A stretch of 22,353 nucleotides of DNA from an uncultured archaeon (GTDB taxonomy: Archaea > Asgardarchaeota > Heimdallarchaeia > Heimdallarchaeales > Kariarchaeaceae), in NCBI GenBank assembly GCA_964645535.1, contig CAZYCQ010000016.1:28414-50766 (forward strand), read 5' to 3'. This document shows positions 1 through 8,725 of the stretch, in pieces. The notes beneath the pieces were generated by a model, which was not told where the DNA came from, ran no database searches, and was given only the letters and a program-made list of their open reading frames with translations. The translations under genes were made by a program, and so were the position numbers. Position 1 is the first letter of the stretch; each line of letters opens with the position of its first letter.

Positions 1-1190
1 GGTTGAATGAGACTGCGTTATAGAACATGTAGGACATATTTCTGACCTGTACGACATTCCACTGATTTAATGGTTGGTTGAATGCACTTGCATTTGCGAA
101 CATGAACGACATGTCTGTCACAGATGAGACGTCCCATTGATTTATTGATTGGTTGAATGAGACTGCGTTGTAGAACATATTTTTCATTTCCCAGACATTT
201 GAGACGTTCCATGATCCTATTGCGATATTGAAGCTTGTTGCGTTGTAGAACATGTAGGACATATTTATAACATTTGAGACATCCCATTGGTAGATGGGTT
301 GATTGAAAGATGTAGCATTTGCAAACATCTGTCCCATATACATTACATTAGAAACATCCCAATTACTGATATCCATATTGAACAATTTTGATCCCGCAAA
401 CATGCCTGTCATGTCGATCACTGAGGAAACATTCCACGCGCTGATATCCGAGATGAAAACAGGAGTTTGTGCAAACATCCAGTCCATCCTGATTACTGAA
501 GACACGTCCCATTCGTCCACGCTTCCCCTGAAGGATTTTGCCCCGTAGAACATTGAGGACATACTAATTGCGGAAGATACATCCCATGAGTCGAGGTTAT
601 GGGTGAAGGTAACGGCATTTTTGAACATTGAGGACATGTCAATCACGGAAGAGACATTCCATAGGTTAAGGGGTTGGTTGAAAGCAATGGCATTTTGGAA
701 CATTGAGGACATGTCAGTCACGGAAGAGACATCCCAAGAGTTAAGTGGTTGGTTGAAAGCAATGGCATTTTGGAACATTGAGGACATGTCAGTCACGGAA
801 GAGACATCCCAAGAGTCAAGGGGCTGGTTGAAGGAGCTTGCAGAGGCAAACAGATACTGCATTGACGTGACGGAAGATACGTCCCAAGAGTTGAGGGACT
901 GATTGAAGGAGCTTGCGGAGCTAAACATGCGGTCCATGCTTTTCACAGAAGACACGTCCCAATTGCTGAGTGGTTGATTGAAGGAGCTTGCGCCATTAAA
1001 CATATCATTCATTGAGGTCACCGAGGAAACATTCCATGAACCAATGGGTTGATTGAAGGAGCTTGCGAAGGCAAACATGCTGTTCATGTTTTCTACTGAA
1101 GACACGTCCCAAGTACTGAGTGATTGATTAAATGTGGTTGCATAAGCAAACATTCCTTCTAAATTGGTAACCCCGGCTATATCCCAAGAT
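1..1190 (-). repeat. Intragenic 75-nt (25-aa) DUF285 repeat array, at least 16 units
   Basis: The conserved Trp codon (plus-strand CCA) recurs exactly every 75 nt from 59 to 1184. 672-741 and 747-816 are identical over 70 nt. Confidence 0.92.
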
Positions 1191-1864
1191 TCCATGCTTC
1201 CAATGTTTCCTAAACTTTTGGCTTTAAAGAACGAATATGACAGATCCGTAGTTCCAGTTAGATCTGGAGCATCAGTTGCAGTGAGCACAAGGTTTTCGGC
1301 ATTTGCGAAATAGTATCCCGAATTTCCGAGATTCAATTTTCCCCATTGAGAAATTTCAATTAACTTAGGTGCATCAGAATAATAGGTGTTGGTGAAATAA
1401 AAATTCCATCCAATGATGGTTCCTGTGATCACAATGGTATAAACTCCAGGTGTGCTATATTTATGAATTCGTTCAAACTGATTTGGTGAGGTTATTGTGG
1501 AGTTCGTACCATCTCCCCAATCGACAAAGAAGTTGTAGGTTCCATCTGAGACTAAGGGGAGGTAAATCGTATCGCTTGCACTTGTGAACTCACCATCGAT
1601 ACTAGTATTCCAAGTTGATACAAATGCATCTATTGGATATGAAACGGTGGTTTTCGGGTTGTTCTGCACTTTTCCAAGGGGATAATTTGCCTTTGACTTT
1701 CTGGTATGGTTTTCACTACTCATAGAGGCAAATTTCTGATCCGAAAAAGACAGATTGTCTCTAAATTGATGGTTCATGTGAGTTGAATCTATATTTTCTA
1801 TTGCTAACGCTTGAATGGACAGACCGATCAAGCCGATGGTCAGAAATAGAAAGAGTTTGTTCAT
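1..1864 (-). CDS. Secreted BspA/DUF285-type repeat surface protein with N-terminal PKD-like domain (3' end beyond window edge)
   Basis: Translated by hand: ATG at 1864 (in-frame TAG two codons upstream), open for 621 codons to the window edge. Signal peptide MNKLFLFLTIGLIGLSIQALA, PKD-like YNFFVDWGDGT...HKYSTPGVYTIVITG, then 25-aa repeats like WDVSSVTDMSSMFQNAIAFNQPLNS. Absent from the ORF track, probably because it has no stop in the window. Confidence 0.93.
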   Translation of the reverse strand, partial: MNKLFLFLTIGLIGLSIQALAIENIDSTHMNHQFRDNLSFSDQKFASMSSENHTRKSKANYPLGKVQNNPKTTVSYPIDAFVSTWNTSIDGEFTSASDTIYLPLVSDGTYNFFVDWGDGTNSTITSPNQFERIHKYSTPGVYTIVITGTIIGWNFYFTNTYYSDAPKLIEISQWGKLNLGNSGYYFANAENLVLTATDAPDLTGTTDLSYSFFKAKSLGNIGSMESWDIAGVTNLEGMFAYATTFNQSLSTWDVSSVENMNSMFAFASSFNQPIGSWNVSSVTSMNDMFNGASSFNQPLSNWDVSSVKSMDRMFSSASSFNQSLNSWDVSSVTSMQYLFASASSFNQPLDSWDVSSVTDMSSMFQNAIAFNQPLNSWDVSSVTDMSSMFQNAIAFNQPLNLWNVSSVIDMSSMFKNAVTFTHNLDSWDVSSAISMSSMFYGAKSFRGSVDEWDVSSVIRMDWMFAQTPVFISDISAWNVSSVIDMTGMFAGSKLFNMDISNWDVSNVMYMGQMFANATSFNQPIYQWDVSNVINMSYMFYNATSFNIAIGSWNVSNVWEMKNMFYNAVSFNQSINQWDVSSVTDMSFMFANASAFNQPLNQWNVVQVRNMSYMFYNAVSFN

Positions 1865-2092
1865 TGCCTATTAATTGAACAATGTTTAAAAAATTTTTTG
1901 ATTTTTGAGGCTTGGTTATGCGTTATTTATGGTCAATAATTTTGATTATTGTTTTTTGACATCATCTAAACTTATATGCAATGATTGCCTTTCATAGGAT
2001 AGGTTAACTGGATTCCCCTCCATTGGATAAACGGAACCGCACTCTTCTCTTTTTAGCAGCTGCAAACCTTGATAAGTGACGGAATCTGAATA

Positions 2093-3496
2093 TTGTTGAT
2101 GACACAGGGGATGCTCGTCGGGTACACAAGCGATCTTTCTGTTCTGAATGATTTTGAACGGGATCTGGTATTGCTTGCCTTCAGAGAGATCCAGTTGGGT
2201 GACTACTTTCAAAATCCTAGGCGGACAAGTCTCAAGGATGTCATTGCTTGGCGATTGGAAGAGGGTCAGGTGATTGGATTGCATCTCCGTCATCTTCATT
2301 CGATCCCCCGCTTTCTGGACGAGCTTCCTTCTGTTCGTGAACTGATCATTTTTGCGGAAGATCTTGATCCTCTTCCCACCTTTCCCTGGGTCTCGCGTTT
2401 GGTTTTGGTCAATATGGGACTGGGGGTTCGAATGGTTGATTGGGGGAATCAACCTTCATTACGCATGCTTCAACTTATCGGGTTTCAACCCCCTTCCAAC
2501 AAGGAGTTGGGTGATCTTGAGATCCTCTCCATGAGGAGGATGCATTTTGATGTTCTCTCGGATCGAATCCTGAAGACGCGTCTGATTCGTCTGGAACTGA
2601 GCAACATCACCGGAAACATTAATCCTGTTTTGGAATTGGAGACATTGGAAGATCTTGAGGTGTTCATAGCTGATGTCCGTTTGGATCTCACGGGCATCTC
2701 TCGTCTGAAACGGCTGAAGACTCTGATCCTTTTTGATGTAGGGTTGAACTTTGTTCCGGAGGAGATCGGAGAGCTCAGGGAGCTTGAATACCTTGACCTT
2801 GGCAAGAACAATCTTTATCGGCTTCCAGAAACTCTTGGCAACCTCCATTCATTGAAGATTCTGAAACTGAGAGGCAATCGAATCAAATCGCTTCCTGAAA
2901 GCCTCGGTAGATTGAAACAACTGATCGAAGTGGACTTCAGGGAGACCTACATCAGTCAGGTTCCTGCTTTCTTTGGCCGTCTTCCCAACCTTTTCCGATT
3001 GCAGTTGGAGCAGGTGGATCTGGAGGAGATGCCTCCCTTGAATTTGCGGAGGCTGGTGTATCTCAGCTTCTTTGAGTGCTACGGGCGTTTTCTCCCTTAT
3101 TCCGTCTGGTCTGCAACAGACTTGACCACGCTTTTGGTTTGGCAGACTCCCATCAAGGAAATTCCTCCTTCCATCGGGAACCTACGTATGCTCAGATGGC
3201 TCTTTCTTAGGGAAACTTCAGTTGATTCTCTTCCAGCCGAAATCGGGAACCTTGTTCACTTGGAGAAATTGAACATTGAGAACTGTCCTTTACGCACACT
3301 TCCGACTGAGATCACAAGGCTCAGGAATCTTGAATTCATCAGTGTGCATTCCTTGGTGCTGGAATCCTTCCCGGAAGGTGTTGCCACAATGCCCAATATC
3401 CAGAGGATAGAACTTTACGTTGGAAGTGACTGCCTGCTACCAGCAGATGTGCTTGAAAACCCCAAAGGGATTACCATCTATGTGAAAAGGGATTAG
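2093..3496 (+). CDS. Leucine-rich repeat protein (Shoc2-like ~23-aa LRRs)
   Basis: Repeats of type LPxxIGxLxxLxxLxLxxNxL, e.g. VPEEIGELRELEYLDLGKNNLYRLPETLGNLHSLKILKLRGNRIKSLP. No signal peptide or enzyme domain. Start uncertain (TTG 2093, ATG 2099 or ATG 2111). Confidence 0.92.
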   Translation: MLMTQGMLVGYTSDLSVLNDFERDLVLLAFREIQLGDYFQNPRRTSLKDVIAWRLEEGQVIGLHLRHLHSIPRFLDELPSVRELIIFAEDLDPLPTFPWVSRLVLVNMGLGVRMVDWGNQPSLRMLQLIGFQPPSNKELGDLEILSMRRMHFDVLSDRILKTRLIRLELSNITGNINPVLELETLEDLEVFIADVRLDLTGISRLKRLKTLILFDVGLNFVPEEIGELRELEYLDLGKNNLYRLPETLGNLHSLKILKLRGNRIKSLPESLGRLKQLIEVDFRETYISQVPAFFGRLPNLFRLQLEQVDLEEMPPLNLRRLVYLSFFECYGRFLPYSVWSATDLTTLLVWQTPIKEIPPSIGNLRMLRWLFLRETSVDSLPAEIGNLVHLEKLNIENCPLRTLPTEITRLRNLEFISVHSLVLESFPEGVATMPNIQRIELYVGSDCLLPADVLENPKGITIYVKRD

Positions 3497-3545
3497 TTGA
3501 AGGATCTACCGATTATTCTATAAGTGTAAAAACAATGGTTGGTTT

Positions 3546-5291
3546 GTGGAACTTACCTATAAGGAAGAAGGGTTGCTTAAACGTCCTCTGCTTCCCTTGT
3601 ATGATTCGGCAGTCAAAGGAAATCCCTTGGTCTACAGGTTCGGCCTGCTTTTTGTTATTGGGCTCTGGTCAGTGTTCATTTTCTATATTGCAAGATCCGC
3701 AGTGAAGATTGGTGAAATTCATGGGGTCATAATGGTTTTGAATGTCATCCTTCTTGTTCTTGAATTCATGACTGGCAATTACTTCATTTTCTTGCTTTGG
3801 GCATTCTTCAGAAGTTTCATCCCTGTTGAACGTGCTCCCGGCTATTTGGGTATGCAACTGACCGATGATGATGGTCCGCATGGCTTGGCTGCAAATCATG
3901 CTCGTCTCCCTTTTGTTTCCGTTCTTATTCCCACATATCGAGAACACTTCCCGGTACTTCGGAAAACCCTTTTGGGTGCCTTGGATCTCAATTATCCCAA
4001 AGACAGGTTCGATGTGAATGTTGTTGATGATTCCCCTTCAGGAGATGACCTGAGGAAATTCTGCGAAAGCAATGGTGTGAATTACATGACCCGTTCTGAC
4101 AGAAAGGGTTTCAAGGCGGGTGCAATCAACTATGCCCTTCAACGCATCAAAGGAGACTTAGTGCTCTTTTTGGATGCTGACCATATTCCTGAACCTCGTT
4201 TGGTCATCAATTGCCTCAATGCATGGCGGGAAAATACGATAGGTGTACAGGCAAGAATCGATTTTGTCAACATGGTCGACATGATAACTACAATCGGTGC
4301 ATTTCTTCATCTTCACTTCTATTCTCTCCTGCAACGAGCCAGAAGGGTCAATGGCAAGGCAGTTTTTGCGGGCGGCACCGCCCTAATTGACAAGTCTCTC
4401 ATGATCAAGGAAGGAGGCATTGATGAATTGACTATTGCAGAGGATACGGATACCTCCCTTCAATGGCTTATGAAGGGCTATCGCATGGAATACATTGATC
4501 ATGTGGGATCCTGGGCCTTGGTGCCTTGGGATCCACTGTCCTTGGTCAGGCAGGTTTGGAGATGGATGACTGGTGTCACAAGAAGCTTCAGGGCTAGATG
4601 GTTCAGAATACTTTTCTCCAATCTTCCTTTCTACTCAAAGGTGGATCTGTTCTATGCATGGTTCATTCCAACCATGGGAGTATTGGCATGGCTTTCAAGC
4701 TTCATCTTTGCATATCTTGCTTTGATTGACGGTACTCTCATACGGTATTCCGAACCGATCATGATCGGTCCATTCACCTTTCCCCTTATTGGATTAGTTG
4801 TCTCCTTGATCGGATCCCTTCCGTTCATCGCAGGTGTTGGGGCGCTGCTTTTTGATGAGCCATTTCTGCTTTATGTCCGAAAGGGGAAGTTCTTCAGATA
4901 TACTTCCACCGTCCTCTTCTTTTTTGTTTCAATGGCAGGTCAACCATTGATGCTATTTGCAGTGCTCAAGGGTTGGCTCGGAATCAAGGTGTCTTTCAAC
5001 CGTACTCCCAAGCGAAAGAAGGCAAATGAACCAGAGATTCCTTCCTTGAAGCGCAGGTATGCATTTGGCACATTGGGACTTTTCCTGATTGGTATCTTCT
5101 TTCTGTACGCTGGTTTGAACGCTGGAATCAGTTCCCCCTTCTTTGTCCCTCTCTTCTTTGCCTTCTATACCAGCATACTGCCTTTTTCCATTGCAATGTT
5201 CTGGTATTGGAGACTGGAGGCTTATCTTGAAAAGGTCAAGGACATTTCTGCGGAAATGGTGATCGAGGAAGTGACATCAGTTCAGGTTTGA
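3546..5291 (+). CDS. Processive family-2 glycosyltransferase, cellulose synthase (BcsA)-like membrane protein
   Basis: Two N-terminal TM helices; motifs VVDD, FKAGAIN, FLDAD (DxD), AED, RQVWRW (QxxRW), gating-loop-like FNRTPK; several C-terminal TM helices. Confidence 0.92.
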   Translation: MELTYKEEGLLKRPLLPLYDSAVKGNPLVYRFGLLFVIGLWSVFIFYIARSAVKIGEIHGVIMVLNVILLVLEFMTGNYFIFLLWAFFRSFIPVERAPGYLGMQLTDDDGPHGLAANHARLPFVSVLIPTYREHFPVLRKTLLGALDLNYPKDRFDVNVVDDSPSGDDLRKFCESNGVNYMTRSDRKGFKAGAINYALQRIKGDLVLFLDADHIPEPRLVINCLNAWRENTIGVQARIDFVNMVDMITTIGAFLHLHFYSLLQRARRVNGKAVFAGGTALIDKSLMIKEGGIDELTIAEDTDTSLQWLMKGYRMEYIDHVGSWALVPWDPLSLVRQVWRWMTGVTRSFRARWFRILFSNLPFYSKVDLFYAWFIPTMGVLAWLSSFIFAYLALIDGTLIRYSEPIMIGPFTFPLIGLVVSLIGSLPFIAGVGALLFDEPFLLYVRKGKFFRYTSTVLFFFVSMAGQPLMLFAVLKGWLGIKVSFNRTPKRKKANEPEIPSLKRRYAFGTLGLFLIGIFFLYAGLNAGISSPFFVPLFFAFYTSILPFSIAMFWYWRLEAYLEKVKDISAEMVIEEVTSVQV

Positions 5292-5347
5292 GTATTGGTT
5301 CAGTTCGCTTCACATATGTTCATGAATTGTTGATCACAAGATAATCA

Positions 5348-6943
5348 GTGAAAGTTGAAAGAGCTGTGCTCGAGAAATATCCTGATTACCTTAACGATGA
5401 ATCCGGATTGGTCAATGGTAAGGCTGATGCCATTTATTTTCCCGAAAATGAGGAGGAAGTCTGCCAAATCCTTAAAGATGCTTCTAAACGAAAGACCCCT
5501 GTCACTGTTTCTGGCGGAGGGACAGGTATCTCCGGAGGGAGGGTTCCATTGGAGGGATGGATCCTCGCCACAGATCTCATGAGGCAAATTCCTTTGGATG
5601 GAGCTGAGACTTGGGTTGATGAGGAATTCAATGAACGGTTTTCTCTGAAATTGATCGAATATGGCGATGAGGCAATTCTGATCGTGCCTGTGGCGATGCG
5701 ATTGAAATCCATCCAGAACTTTGTGAGGGAACGTGGTTGGTTTTATCCACCGGATCCAACTGAAAGGTCCTCCTTTATTGGCGGAAATGTTTCTACCAAT
5801 GCCTCTGGAGCGCGTACCTTCAAGTTCGGTTCGACAAGGGATTGGGTTGCTGGATTACGGGTAGTGCTTCCTGATGGACGCAAACTTGCATTGTCTCGGA
5901 AAAAATATACCTCACGTTTGCCACTGAATTTCTTGGAAGGTTCAGAAACATCACTGGTCTTGTCTGGAAATTACTTGATCTGGGAGGATAAACGTATCCC
6001 TCTACCAACCTACAAACTCCCCAAAGTTACAAAGAATGTTGCAGGTGTTGTTTGGACAGAAAAATCAGAGCCCTTGGATTTGTTTATCGGTGCCAATGGA
6101 ATCTTCGGAGTAGTTACGGCAATTGCTTTGAGGTTGATCAGACCACCACAGGAAATTCTCAGTATATTCGCCTTTTGCCCTTCATGGGATGTGGCTCTGA
6201 AGTTGGTGCAAAAAGCACAGGTACAACGTGCTTCCGGAAGGTTTCCTGTTCCCCTCTCCGTTGAACTTCTTGATGAGAAAGCAGTTGATATCATGAGAGG
6301 CTCGGATGGGAGCATACCCCCGAGCAAGGTGGCGATCATATTGGAGCAGGATGCATCAAGTGAAACAATTGAGGAAGCAATACTGTTTTGGGTGGATTAT
6401 TTTGATGAGATTGGCATTTCATCCTCTTCAGTTGCCCAAACACACAAAGAAATCGAACACCATAAATTTTTGAGACATCTGATCCCTGAAACGGTCAATA
6501 GAATGGTCCGGTCGAATGGGCAACCTAAGCTTGGGACTGATTATTCCGTTCCTTCTGAACGGTTTCAGGAACTTCTTGACCGTGCACAGCAAATGGGGAA
6601 GGAATTTGAGACATTCCAAAAGCAGAACTCAGCTTCTACATCCTTTGGGTACATCATCTGGGCTCACGCAGGTGACAGTCACCTTCACCTCAATTTCTTG
6701 CCCCGCACGCCTGAAGAAGTGGCTTTCGCAAAAAAATTGATGGTTCGTCTAATGAAGGAGGTTGTGGCATTTGGTGGTTCAATTGCAGCAGAACATGGAT
6801 TGGGAAAGAAAAAGTTTGAAGGAAAGCCTGCCCTCTTTTTCCAATATGGAGAAGAGGGTATCAGACAAATCCAGGAAATGAAACAAATCGTTGATCCTGA
6901 TTTTCTCCTCAATCGAGGGAATCTAGTTCCACCGCCAATGTAG
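5348..6943 (+). CDS. FAD-linked oxidoreductase, GlcD/D-lactate dehydrogenase family (FAD_binding_4 + FAD-oxidase_C)
   Basis: GGGTGISGG FAD-binding loop, YPPDP..SSFIGGNVSTNASG, HAGDSHLH, AEHGLG and DPDFLLN motifs. Confidence 0.92.
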   Translation: MKVERAVLEKYPDYLNDESGLVNGKADAIYFPENEEEVCQILKDASKRKTPVTVSGGGTGISGGRVPLEGWILATDLMRQIPLDGAETWVDEEFNERFSLKLIEYGDEAILIVPVAMRLKSIQNFVRERGWFYPPDPTERSSFIGGNVSTNASGARTFKFGSTRDWVAGLRVVLPDGRKLALSRKKYTSRLPLNFLEGSETSLVLSGNYLIWEDKRIPLPTYKLPKVTKNVAGVVWTEKSEPLDLFIGANGIFGVVTAIALRLIRPPQEILSIFAFCPSWDVALKLVQKAQVQRASGRFPVPLSVELLDEKAVDIMRGSDGSIPPSKVAIILEQDASSETIEEAILFWVDYFDEIGISSSSVAQTHKEIEHHKFLRHLIPETVNRMVRSNGQPKLGTDYSVPSERFQELLDRAQQMGKEFETFQKQNSASTSFGYIIWAHAGDSHLHLNFLPRTPEEVAFAKKLMVRLMKEVVAFGGSIAAEHGLGKKKFEGKPALFFQYGEEGIRQIQEMKQIVDPDFLLNRGNLVPPPM

Positions 6944-7048
6944 TGTAAATGTCTTCTGATGTCTTTTTTGACATTTCTGGATGGCTCTTCTTCAATTTCA
7001 CCTTACTCGATGAATTCAATAGTGCCCAATTCAATTATTCTTTTTGAC

Positions 7049-8725
7049 GTGAAATTCCGGATTATATTCTTTCTGGTTCTATTGGTGCCTATCCCATTCA
7101 ATCCTTCTGTAGCTGCACCTCTGTCTTCCATGAAATTGACATATGATGCGAATGGCAGTCCTATTAGGATAGTGGCGACTGCATACGAATTGGTCATTGT
7201 TGATCCTCTTTCATCAAGACCACTCGATCGTTGGGAATTGGTCAATTTTGCAAAGATTGCTCAAGTGGAGATTCTGCAAGCTCCTGGAAGCATTATTGAA
7301 AATCAGGTCTTTGAAGGCATTACATTGACCCTAACGGATTCTCCATCCAGCATTATCCGGAACAACACCTTTCTTGGAATTCGAAGTACTAGCAGTGTTA
7401 GTGCTTTGAAGGTTGTCAACAGTCCTGATACGATAATCAGTGGAAATATCATCAATGATGTAACTCTCACTAATGATGAATTCCAATCCAGGCAAACATA
7501 TATTTCGAGTGGAATTGAAGTTGATTCCAGCCCTAATGTTCTTGTCTCTGACAATTCCATATCAAATATCAGGGCCAGTGCTGCCCCATTGGCACGAACA
7601 TTGGCCTTGGGTATTCGAACGGTTTTCAGCAACAATGTTGCGATCGAAAATAATTTTTTGGCCAACCTTTCCTCCTCTGTTTCTGTCAACAGGGTCTTTG
7701 GCATTTACCTGTTTAAGTCCAATCAGTCATTGATTACTGATAATGCCATGGAAAACCTATTTGGACATAATCCCCAATTCGCGACTTATGTTGCAGGAAT
7801 TTACGTGGAAACCTCAGAAAACCAAACCATTGTTGCAAATTCTGTGAAACAACTTGAATCAAGAGGAACCTCGATCTCAACCGGCATCAGACTCTATAAT
7901 GTCCAAAACATCATGATCAATGAAAACGAGATTTCCTTTGTTTCATCTGGACAGAATGCATTCGGTATGTTCTTCACCTTGGTCAATCTCGGAGATGTTC
8001 AAGGGAACTACATTGAGAATGTTACAAGCCTTGTGGGATTGGAGACAAGTGCATTCAATCTGGAAGATACGAACTTTCTGAATATTCAGGAAAACCATGC
8101 GGTTTTCGTTGACCGTTTGGTCTCCTTGAACGGTCAAAGTGGACAGAATTTGATCTTCAACAATATTCTGAATGAGATGCCCATTGGCGATGAAGAGGTT
8201 GGTCCACTTATTTCCCCGCACTCGAATATCCAATACCGGGTTGATTCCAACGAGACCTATTTCATTTCATGGGTTGTCATCGACACGGATCCTGCCGCGT
8301 ACCAGATTTTCAGGAATGATATTCTTTTCGATGAAGGGGAATGGATCTCTGGTGTTCCTATAATTTTGGATGTAAGCAATCTTGAGGAGGGAGAATACAA
8401 CTATACCTTGGTGGTGAATGACACCCAAGGCAACATTGCCAAGGATACCGTGTTCGTCAGTGTCCTGCCAAGAAATTTCCTCTCTGACGGTGCCGATTAC
8501 ATCCGGAACATCCAGCAGGGATTGACATTGCAAAATCTCGTCAATCTTTCGCCATTCATTATTTTCATATATCTCGCGATTGAATTGCTCAGGTTACAGT
8601 ACAGAACTCAAAAGAGAAAGAAACTTATCAAGAAACGTGAAACAAGGAAATCACTTGAAGAGATCAAAAATCGTCCTGAATTGATTGTTGATAAAATTTT
8701 TACGCATAGGGAAGATAATGATTAG
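7049..8725 (+). CDS. Membrane-anchored extracellular right-handed parallel beta-helix (NosD/CASH-like) protein with Ig-like domain
   Basis: Repeated GI.(V/L)..S.N..I..N.I rungs, Ig-like GEYNYTLVVNDTQGN, C-terminal TM (PFIIFIYLAIELL) and basic tail. GTG 7049 gives a clean signal peptide (MKFRIIFFLVLLVPIPF); the ORF track start is 6959. Confidence 0.85.
   Translation: MKFRIIFFLVLLVPIPFNPSVAAPLSSMKLTYDANGSPIRIVATAYELVIVDPLSSRPLDRWELVNFAKIAQVEILQAPGSIIENQVFEGITLTLTDSPSSIIRNNTFLGIRSTSSVSALKVVNSPDTIISGNIINDVTLTNDEFQSRQTYISSGIEVDSSPNVLVSDNSISNIRASAAPLARTLALGIRTVFSNNVAIENNFLANLSSSVSVNRVFGIYLFKSNQSLITDNAMENLFGHNPQFATYVAGIYVETSENQTIVANSVKQLESRGTSISTGIRLYNVQNIMINENEISFVSSGQNAFGMFFTLVNLGDVQGNYIENVTSLVGLETSAFNLEDTNFLNIQENHAVFVDRLVSLNGQSGQNLIFNNILNEMPIGDEEVGPLISPHSNIQYRVDSNETYFISWVVIDTDPAAYQIFRNDILFDEGEWISGVPIILDVSNLEEGEYNYTLVVNDTQGNIAKDTVFVSVLPRNFLSDGADYIRNIQQGLTLQNLVNLSPFIIFIYLAIELLRLQYRTQKRKKLIKKRETRKSLEEIKNRPELIVDKIFTHREDND

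Noticed and set aside
18-902. Short repetitive ORFs 18-287 (-), 303-548 (+) and 603-902 (+)
   Set aside because: Off-frame or antisense shadows of the DUF285 repeat gene.
1-1190. Regular repeats as a CRISPR array or DGR template/variable pair
   Set aside because: The units are in-frame 75-nt coding repeats without unique spacers, the differences are not adenine-specific, and there is no cas or reverse transcriptase gene in the window.
1946-2848. Minus-strand ORFs overlapping the LRR gene
   Set aside because: No recognisable motifs; antisense to a well-supported CDS.
6959-7048. Upstream ATG start for the beta-helix gene
   Set aside because: GTG 7049 puts the signal peptide at the N-terminus; the extra 30 codons look non-coding.
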